Positions 53,509 to 64,000 of a DNA stretch of 64,000 nucleotides are shown here, in pieces. Position 1 is the stretch's first letter; each line of letters opens with the position of its first letter. The notes beneath the pieces were generated by a model that saw nothing but the letters and a program-made list of their open reading frames with translations, was not told where the DNA came from and did no database searches. Source of the DNA: Eledone cirrhosa (Eukaryota); the NCBI GenBank assembly GCA_964016885.1, contig OZ024743.1, positions 189,162,001 to 189,226,000 of the forward strand, written 5' to 3'. The translations under genes were made by a program, and so were the position numbers.

Positions 53509-53547
53509 TGAACCTGAAGATTGCAAAAGCATGAAAGTACTTGTTCA
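53509..53547 (+). ncRNA. Minimal type-I hammerhead ribozyme in PLE 3' UTR
   Basis: TGAAC-CTGAAGA-tTGC(aaaa)GCAt-GAAA-GTAC-TT-GTTCA: perfect 5-bp stem I, intact core, palindromic stem III AGTACT, CUU triplet. Confidence 0.8.
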
Positions 53548-53658
53548 ATTAACACTTAACATTTAATATTCTACCATACTATTTCATTATAATATCATTA
53601 AAATTTTAAAGGATTGTAAATAAAACATGTAAATCAGACAAGGTTGGAATTCCTTTTA

Positions 53659-53730
<72 letters not shown>

Positions 53731-53932
53731 TAGATTCATTCAAGTCACCATCTCTAGGAAAACTGTTGATTCTGATGTTGTCATATAAGTTACTCTTGTT
53801 TTAAAAAGTGGTGATCTAATGCATCTTGCTGAAAAGGGAAATAATCGTTTTGTATATAAAATGTGTATGCATGTGTGTGCATGTCTCTGTGTTTGTGTGT
53901 GTTATTTTTCCGTGCAAAGCTAAGAGGATATA

Positions 53933-54828
<896 letters not shown>

Positions 54829-55639
54829 TATATATGTAATTATAAGTTCAAGAGAGAGTGTGTGTTCATGTATGTAAGTTGTTGTTCCATTTGTGTTGTT
54901 ATTGGTCTGTACAAGCTTAAGAGTGTGTGTTTATGACCCTAATAGAGCCATAAGAATATGAATGTGTGACAGGAAATGAGGTAGGGGTGAGAGTATCTAA
55001 GGATATAGAAGTAAGCATGAGTGTATGTGTGGAATACTAAAGGAATTGGGGAGAGAAGATGAGTCCATAAGGCATACTGGACTAAAGGCAGAAAATCAGA
55101 TTCTGCTAAGTCCTGGTTTGCAAGGCCAGCAATCTATGATGTAAAAGGACACCAATGACTGCAATATGTAGGGAGGAGTGTCCAGAGGTATGGAAATGAT
55201 GGTATCCATGCAAAGTTGTATGTCCCTCAACTTTTCAGTGAAACAGTCAGCCTCACCATCTCTATTTCCCTCTCACCCTGGTACCGCCTCTTGTTTCTTC
55301 CCCCATCTTACTCTACTCTCCACTTGTGTATTTTCACATTTTCTCTCCACCACCTCACATCATTTCCTCACCATACTACTAGTCTTTACATTCTTCTCAC
55401 ACTCATCTCCCAATCTTAAATCTTTATTCCACCAGCTCAATTCCTCCCTCAAAAATGTTATCCCCCCCCCCTTTTCATCCAATCTTCCATGCATCTCTCC
55501 AAATTCTTCTTCACCCAAACCCACTATGACAGCTACGTCACTTTTCTAAGCTGATGTCTTCACCATAACTTTATATCTCAAGGTTTCCGCCTCAACTTTC
55601 TACTCAGCTCCCATCACTGAACCTATCCTTACCCACTCC

Positions 55640-56820
55640 TTTTGTCATCTCATGCACGCAACCCTCCACTCCCCCCTCATACAAATCCATTCTCTCAACT
55701 GAAATTTACCAAAAGCCTACCTTTTTCTCCCCTCTACTTGCTACCCACCCCTTTTGCCCAATCCATCATTCAATTCATCCTCCACCTCAATGGCCTCCTC
55801 TTCAATTTTCTCACCTCCGTCAAGAAACAAAAACTTGACACATGCTGCTCTCTGTCTGCCATCAACACAGACCCCCACCTCATCTCCAGCTCTAACCCAA
55901 TTATCCCATCACTTTCAACTCATTCTCTCATCACCTCCACACCACTGATTCCACTAGTTTCTCACCCTCATCTACCTCCCATACTGTTGTCATGCGACCC
56001 ACTGATCTACCACTATCCAAAGGTGAGCACTCCGTCCTCGCCAGGTGTTTCCGCTTCATACCCACCACATCCACCTGCAATGAGTTCTGAACATGTGCTG
56101 AGGTTGAGCGGTTCTTACTTCAAGCATTCTTCAACAACACACCATAATCTCGCCAAAGAGTCTTTTTCACAAGTCTCAGGCACCAACAATCCCAATGGAT
56201 GCCGAGCTCTGGGTAGTTCGGCTCTCATCACATTTGTGGAGACTTGCCAACGTACTTTGAACTGCTTTAGTTATCAAAGGCACTCTTGTTGTGCCAGCTT
56301 CACTCAGGCTGAAATCTCCACTCTGCACAGCCATGGTGACATTGTGATCAAACCTGCTGATAAAGGTGGTGCCATGCTGATGTGCTGCACAAACCTCTTC
56401 AGGACTGAGGCACTTCGACAGCTCCACAACATCCAATTTTACCAGCCTTTATCCTCTGACCCTACACCAGACTACCAACAGCTCATATCCTCCTCTCTCC
56501 TACCCTATATTGTGATTAATCTTATAGTACAAAACCAACATAAACCCAACATCTACTACCTCTCCATGATACATAATTCCGATAATCTTGGCCACTATCA
56601 TTTCCACCTGTAACTGCCCGTACGAAATAATCTCCCAATACTTTGACACCCTCCTTGTGCCCTTAGTATCACCCTAGTGACATATCCTCATTTGCTTCCA
56701 TGCCCTCTCGCCTGACTGACACCATCACTTCTCACCAAATCCACCCATCACTGCCTTTAAGCATGCCCAAAATTTCTGTGACCGACTGGTGTGCAGTTCC
56801 TTCCTTGCCCCCTCTTTCCC
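55640..56820 (+). pseudogene. Highly decayed Penelope-like (Neptune-like) RT fragment
   Basis: DIVIKPADKGGAM, LRQLHNIQFYQPLSSDPT, IYYLSMIHNSDNLG (compare YxLPKIHK), then CP.EIISQYFD and PPITAFKHAQNF after an internal deletion. Confidence 0.7.
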
Positions 56821-57262
56821 TTAGGACTACATACATGCAAAACGCAAACAGAAATAACACAGTACAATGAAGAACTATATTAGTTTAATACTTGATATAG
56901 TAGGAAAAGAGTCTGTATATTTTGGACACTACACCTTCACACCTTCATCAGAAGATAGAATAAGAATTAAAAGATGAGATAGAAAGAACAAGAGTGAGAA
57001 GAGGGAGGACAGAACATTTTTTTTAATTTATAGAAAAAAAACCATGTGTGCATCCTTCAGCATTGTTTATTGGTAAAGGATGTTGACATCAGCTAGAAAA
57101 CTAAAGATATGATGCTTTTCAAATGAATATCAGTATGTTATTTATACTGTACAAGATATACAGACTTTCCCTTGTCATGTTTACTGTCAGAAATGCAGTA
57201 AAGCTGGGATTTGTCTGTTGTAATCCTATAACTAACAATGTAAATAAATGTAAATAAATAAT

Positions 57263-57445
57263 TGTTTCTACTTTAGGCACAAGGCCAGCAATCACCCAGT
57301 GCATTACTGGTACTTTATTTTATCGATCCCATAAGGATGAAAGGCAAAGTCAACCTCGGCGGGATTTGAACTCAGATCATAAAGGGACGTAACTATGCTG
57401 GAAAGCATGGCGTCCGACCCTCTACCGATACTGCCAATCCACCGC
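57263..57445 (-). mobile_element. SINE family A with 18-bp TSD
   Basis: TAAATGTAAATAAATAAT at 57245-57262 and 57446-57463 (reads ATTATTTATTTACATTTA in element orientation). Confidence 0.93.
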
Positions 57446-60400
57446 TAAATGTAAATAAATAATATAAAATAATTAGATGTCATTTGACTAAATGTCAATA
57501 GTATTTCCATCAGCATTTCTGTGAGAGATTGGTGTTGTATCTGGATGTAATAGGAACAACTGATGATGCATTTAAGTAAATAGGTAGCTTTGGGAATCTC
57601 TGCTGTCTTCAGGTGTCAAAAACACTCACATATCTATGGCAGCATGCATATTAATATCTATCCTCAATTAAACATAGTGTTAATTCACATTCCATCCCTA
57701 TAATGTTCTCTGATTCTATGTCCCTCTTAAATTTCTCTCTCTCTCTCTCTCTCTCTAAAAATATGTGTACATATATGCCATTTGTGTGAGCACCTTTAAC
57801 CTTTTGTCATATATACACTGACATGCATAAACAAATGCACACACATACAATTCTCTAAATGTTTCAATTGTTGAATATTTTGTTTCATAGACACATTATT
57901 CAACTGAAACCACTGAGATCTGCTACCATTTTAACTGCTAAAAGTGCTACTTAGCATCAACATAAAGTAAACGTGATCTCATACATAAATCATGCCTTAT
58001 CTGCTATACAAAAATGTAGGTGACATTTTCAGAATTTCAACATGTCATGAAAAATGTTCTTTACAACCTATTGTATTCTCCATATCAATTAATATTGCAG
58101 ATGTGAATAATACCTTATAGATAATTGTGTGTTTGAATAGTTCTAATCACATGCCTGTGTTAACTGTGTTAACTCACCTGTGTATTACAACTACTCACTG
58201 ACAATCACAAATTGAATATCAGAAAAATGAATAATACAGATATGTAAAGTTACTTCAATAATTATCTAAAATAGAGTTGCAATATATAACTTAACCAGTT
58301 CATTATAACTTCGACATTCTCTGATAATATCAGCACAGGTGTTATTGAATATCTCCCACATACTTAGTTATTCTGTGTTTAAGATTATATGATGAGTGTG
58401 ATGCATATCATCATTTAATAAATTTAATTATTTCAGTTAATATTGAATTAGATATCTCAATGCTAAGAACGTTTTATTTGCTAATATTTTTAAAAGAATA
58501 TACAAATATCATATGAAGTAGAAACATTAGAAATGAGGACAGTTCTCCCCAAGATGTAATGATGAAAAAAATTGACAGAGCTTCTTGTAATACTGGTTTT
58601 AAGGAGGATGTTTTTTCTCCATGGATATAAGTTTATGTTAGGCTACACATCACGAGTTTGAATCATGCTAGAAATAGCGAGAACATTTTCCTGGAATCCC
58701 ACTTTACTTTATTTACTTCATCCAGACGAAAATCAAAGAATGTTTTCTATAACTCATACAATATTTATTAAAAGATTACTGAATACGTCATTCATCTGCA
58801 TAGAGTGAATCAAGTACAAAATATGTCTGTTGGAATCCATTTATCTGTTTTATGTTTTTATTGAATATAGCCCTAAATCTTAAGTTAACTGAAAAAACTT
58901 ACCAAGAACTGATTCTATGACAGATTTAATTTGAAAGAATTATGGCTTTCATATTTAGCATTAATATTGTAAACCATTGTGTAATTGTGTAACCATTGAA
59001 GACCACAAATTCATATAGTGTATCTAAAACAAATCAAGAGATGAATTAGCAGCAGCATTTCAATATTTATTCCAGTCCCTTGCTTTATGTGTTCAAATCT
59101 TGCTAAGATTAGTTTTGCCTTTCATCCTTCTAGAATCAATGAAGCACTAATCTAATGTAATAGAATGGCAGTCATTAAAGCAGTAGACATGATGACTTAC
59201 AGTATTTGTTCTAGTTCTTTGCATTATGAGTTTAAATCCCATTATGGATTTGAACTCATTGTGGATTACATAGATATTAGGCTTAATTGATTGCCTGGTT
59301 CAACATGACCATCTGCACTATGGGTACCTTTACTGGAGTTCACTTTCTTGTAAGTATACAAGATAGGTTTCCAGTTTGAGAATACCTTCCTTCTTCCTCC
59401 CTCCAGTCATGGAGGTTTTGGAAATTGTCATAGGCATTTCAGTTTCACCCTCACTACATAACATAAATGTCAGAACATTACCTTTCTAAACTATACCTGT
59501 AGAAAGAGTTGAGTTGAGCACAACATGCTAACATACCGCTTGTCAAGTGTACAGTAATATGTAAGGCAATAAATAGTTCCTACCATGCTGTACCTATTCA
59601 TAGCTTGGGGTAACTGTGCCATAAATGAGTTAAGCATTTTGTCTAGTCACAAAGTCAAGTTACAAACTGCCAACATCTCAGCCCCATTCATAACTCTTTT
59701 TCTTTCATGTGCCTTCATTAATGATAATGAAAATTTATCATTTGCATTTCTAATTAGACAAAATTATATTCTCATTCTGAATGAGTCATTCTCTTTTATA
59801 ATTAGATAAGAAAAAACGCCACTCAAATTAAAGTATAAAAATGAAGGAAAAGATCCAGTTATAAAATCATTTTCATCAACAACCCATAAAGTTTGCAAAG
59901 GCTATATAGCCTGTGTTTGTACAGAAAGATTAATCTAAAATTGTTAAAATCATTGTCTCTTTAAGGTCAAGAATCTTCTTTGAGGTTATTAGAATCAACT
60001 GTAATTTTGATCACTAATCAAATTATATGAAAATCAATATTAAAAAATATATAGTTTAAAATAAAATGTATAAAATCAATATAACTGTCAAGTGATTGGA
60101 AAATTTGACTTTTTCCCTCTATCATTAAGAACATTTTTTAAATTCATTTTTCTGTGTCTCTTTCAGTGCGATGGATTTTTAAAGTGTGCAGGTTTTGTTA
60201 TAATGTTGTAGCAATTATATTTAGAGATAGATGCCCTTCAATTGGTAATTGCCACCTTGTAGAATAAGACCAAATTTCTGTTTTTATATTAACAAAAACA
60301 CAGTAATATGCTTTTCTCAGTGATTAACTGGGGTTGATTTAGTTTCTTATACCCTTCCTCTGCAACATTTGTTCTTGTTTCTAGTCAAACAATAAATAGT

Positions 60401-63400
60401 CATTACAGAAAGGTAGATTTCCATTATAGGTATACATGTTTGTGTAATGTCCATGTAATAACAATGGAAACATCTAATTCTTATTCTTAATCTATAAAGT
60501 TTTATATTAGAACCTTTTTATTCATTGCTGGAAGATAGATCGTTTTAAAGAAACTTTAGCTGCAAATGAATCTCTTGTGATAGAAGTCATCAATAACTAT
60601 GGCTAAGCTTTAAATATATTTAAAATGGTATATATATATGTTGACACTAAAATTAGTGACAATGATCAACTGGAAGCTATAATTTGCTGATGCTTTATAT
60701 AATACTTTGAAACCTTAACTTTTGGCTTCCTACAAAACAACAGGCAACTATGTTTTGTTTTTGAAATTCATTTTATGTTTAGTAAATTTTGCAATTTGTA
60801 TCTATATATAAAATCATTTGATGACAGCATAGTTAAATCATACTTAAAGAATAACATAATTTTGACATAATATGTGCATGTGTCATACAGATAAATGTTA
60901 AATATATTGCTTAGGTTTTCTCTCAGCTTCATTAATCATTATCACTATTCTAGAATTAATGAGAACTATTTCGTTTATGTGTTGTTATTTAACTATTTTA
61001 TTTGTTACATCTAACAACTATTGATTATGATACTATACACTTAAGAAATCTTACATATAAAACACACATTTATCTTTACACGAGCAGGGGAAGCTGACAT
61101 TAAACGATTATGATGTTGACTTATCTTTATCTTACCTACAAAACATTGACATCTCACCTATAAAACACATTCTACCAATAATACCATGACTACTTAAACA
61201 ATAGTACATCAATGATATTAAAAATTGTCTTTCTTTAGCTTAAATTCTCATTGTGTCAGAGGTTATTCCAGTTTCATGTAGTTTTAAGTGACGGAGTAAA
61301 AGCTGCCATATTGCCCCAAAGTTAACCGCTAGCTGTTGCTGCTACTAGGACTCATTTTGTCGACTGAGGGGACTGGAGGAATATCATATGATGTGCTTTG
61401 CTCAAGGATACAGCATGCCACCTAGTTTTGTGTTCAAAATGACAACCTGACGGCCATTTAATGTACATTCATATGATTAGGCTATGGACCTCCACTTATA
61501 TGATAGAATTAACATTTATTACATTTTAAAATTCAAACTGTTGATATATTTTAGCACAAATATATTTCAAGACAATTATAAATTATACATTTTTGTATGC
61601 ATATAAACATGTTAATCTATAACAAAACTGATCCCTTAAATATTATAATTCCCTTCATTTTATAGTAGTCACACTTTTTCCCTTGTATAAAGTTAATTTT
61701 GCTGATGCCTAACATTACAGTTATTTTTGCAGGGGGTGGGGTTATATAGGTAAATCATGTTTATGCTATTTGCCTAACACAATGGATGGTCATCATGCAG
61801 TAGAACATAAAATTACGTTTAGAAAATATGTCATTAGAAAGACGACTTAGATAAAGCCTAAAGCTCATGCTATGATCATACTGAGCTAGAAGCCAAGCAG
61901 AAATCTCAGGATCTTCCAATTCGCACATTAATTTTTACCAAAAGTATTCCACACGGTTCCTGTTTTTGTTTTAGTTTTATTTTTAGGTTCTAGTACATAA
62001 TCTACCTTACATTCCTCAGTTAGCAATGAACTCAATGGTGAGCACATTTACTACTCATGTTTAAAGTAACTCTCCTGTTACCACCAATTCAAAGACACAG
62101 CAGCAGATATATATATCTGAGATGATTCTCACTTCCCCACAATGCACCTCAGAACAAACATAGTATATCCATTGAACAACAGCTCCTTGTTCTTTCTATC
62201 TCTCTAACACAAGACATCAAAGTCATACTAAATGATGCCACCAATCTTCTGCAACACTGATTTGCTTTTGCAACAAGCTGAACACATTTATTTTCCAAAG
62301 TAGATCTTCAAGGAAAAAAACTATCACCTATATATGTCATATTGTTTTTGTTTTATTTTTCTTGTTAGGTTATCTATCCCCTCATCCTATTAAGCCTGAG
62401 AAAAAAATTACATTAAGAAAACAACCAACAAGAAAAAAACATTATGAAAGGAAATAAATTCAGACATTAAAACTATAACCTGAGGTTGGCATAAATCATA
62501 ACTCCTGTAAATGGCCCATTCAGGCTTTTAGGTGTGATTAATAAAGAAATAAATCAGAAAGTTGTTTTACTAAAATCGAAAAAAAAAAATTATAAGTCAA
62601 AAGAATGCGAACAAAGTTCAGAATGGAGCCAGTTTCATTATCACAAGAAGAAAATAATGAAAAAGATTGATTTTTTTCTTTTTGTCTCGTGTTACTTTTT
62701 CATTTTCTCAAACCAATATTTTTTGTCATGTTTCACCAAGCAGTGATATTCATAGCTAAACAGAATAATTTATTATAAGCTATATAACCAACACGAACAG
62801 CTTGAAGGCCAAGTTCAAATTGAAAAAGAAATTACTGGATACCTTTGTTACAGTTAAGATATTTAAATTTAGATGTTTTTAACCATTATTTTTTTTTTAA
62901 CTATAGGGATTAAACTAAAAGTTGAATTTAACCTTGTAGAGATATTGTAGTTAAAATAATTTTGAAAATTAAATCTAATGTTATTGCTGTTTGTATTTTG
63001 ATGGATAGATTATATTTTATACCATCTACAAGCTTTTATATTCCTCTACGCTCTCACTCTGTCCATTCCTTGAAAATTCATTTTTTTAAAATCAGGAACA
63101 AACAATATTTTAATAGGGCTCCAAACAATTATTAGATTATAGAACACATATTCATTAAATGCCATCTTAATATAAATATGGTTCCATATAATTTGAGATT
63201 CCCAGCTATCTGGAATATAAATTCACAATATATTATTTTATTTTCAACAGAACATTTCCTTTTGTGAATTAAATGCTAAGAATTAATTGTAAATAGCAAT
63301 ATAATTTCAGACTAAAGCGAGTAACTAGCCCACTAACAAATGGGTTTCTTATTCTTTTTTGTAACACTTAAACAGAAGAAGGGGCAGTGCCAATGACCTT

Positions 63401-64000
63401 TTTTCCAACACCTCCATAACTGATGGAAGTGAGACAGAAAGGAGATTATTTTCATGCCAAAGCTGATCCCAGTAAAAGCAAATAGTGGAAACGAAGTACA
63501 AGTCTCCTTTATAAGTTTTATAAATGAAATTTTTGTAGCAGTTCTTTTCTTTCCAAAGTATATTTTAAGGGCTTAGTCAAAAGCAGAAAGAACAGTGGTC
63601 ATGGCCCTTTTAAAGGCTTCCATGACTGGTGTGAGGGGAAGAATTTATTCTTTAGCAAGACTTCTGTCTAGAATGTTTGTAACTGACTGGATTCAGCTCA
63701 AGTTGCCCAAGAATTAGATGGTGATAAGAAATTGAGAGAGGAATTAATATAACCTCAGTATGTTTGAGTATCTATAGCCATGTGAGATTGCTAATCATTG
63801 CTTAGCTTCAACCAGATAAGTTACCTATAATCTGAAAGAACCTTGTAGGGAGCCTCTACTTTGTTACTCAATGTGATAAAAAGAACAGTCAAATTTCCCT
63901 ATATCACACCCTAATATATTTTATAAGGATAGGAGACATTTGAGAATGGGAGTGTCATGAGAGAAATATCCCCTGATTGTAGGCCTCTCAATTAAGGATA

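Larger units (their letters stand above)
50445..53660 (+). mobile_element. Near-complete Penelope-like retroelement (Neptune-like), decayed, between (TA)n tracts
   Basis: Single long RT + GIY-YIG frame broken by frameshifts; hairpin-rich 3' UTR with a hammerhead; (TA)n at 50435-50444 and from 53662. Confidence 0.9.

Overview
AT-rich, microsatellite-dense eukaryotic (animal) genomic DNA. The SINE families, (TA)n/(ATT)n/(CAT)n load and RTE tails resemble an octopod cephalopod; that assignment is inference. No intact host protein-coding gene can be supported, only a few splice-bounded candidate exons. The recognisable content is transposable elements: three decayed Penelope-like elements (a Naiad-like one at ~0.3-2.3 kb, a near-complete Neptune-like one at 50.4-53.7 kb, a fragment at 55.6-56.8 kb), a near full-length L1/Tx1-clade LINE in (ATT)n (9.8-15.6 kb), RTE fragments, tandem non-autonomous Helitrons, an internally deleted mariner and >15 tRNA-derived SINEs. 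Two signals stand out. (1) Several type-I hammerhead ribozyme motifs, one inside a 315-bp non-coding, terminally redundant, fold-back unit at 33.2-34.0 kb that looks like a non-LTR retrozyme. (2) An apparent SINE/Tx1-LINE partnership: a shared 3' tail, five SINE TSDs that all begin ATTATT, and a local SINE 3' transduction.
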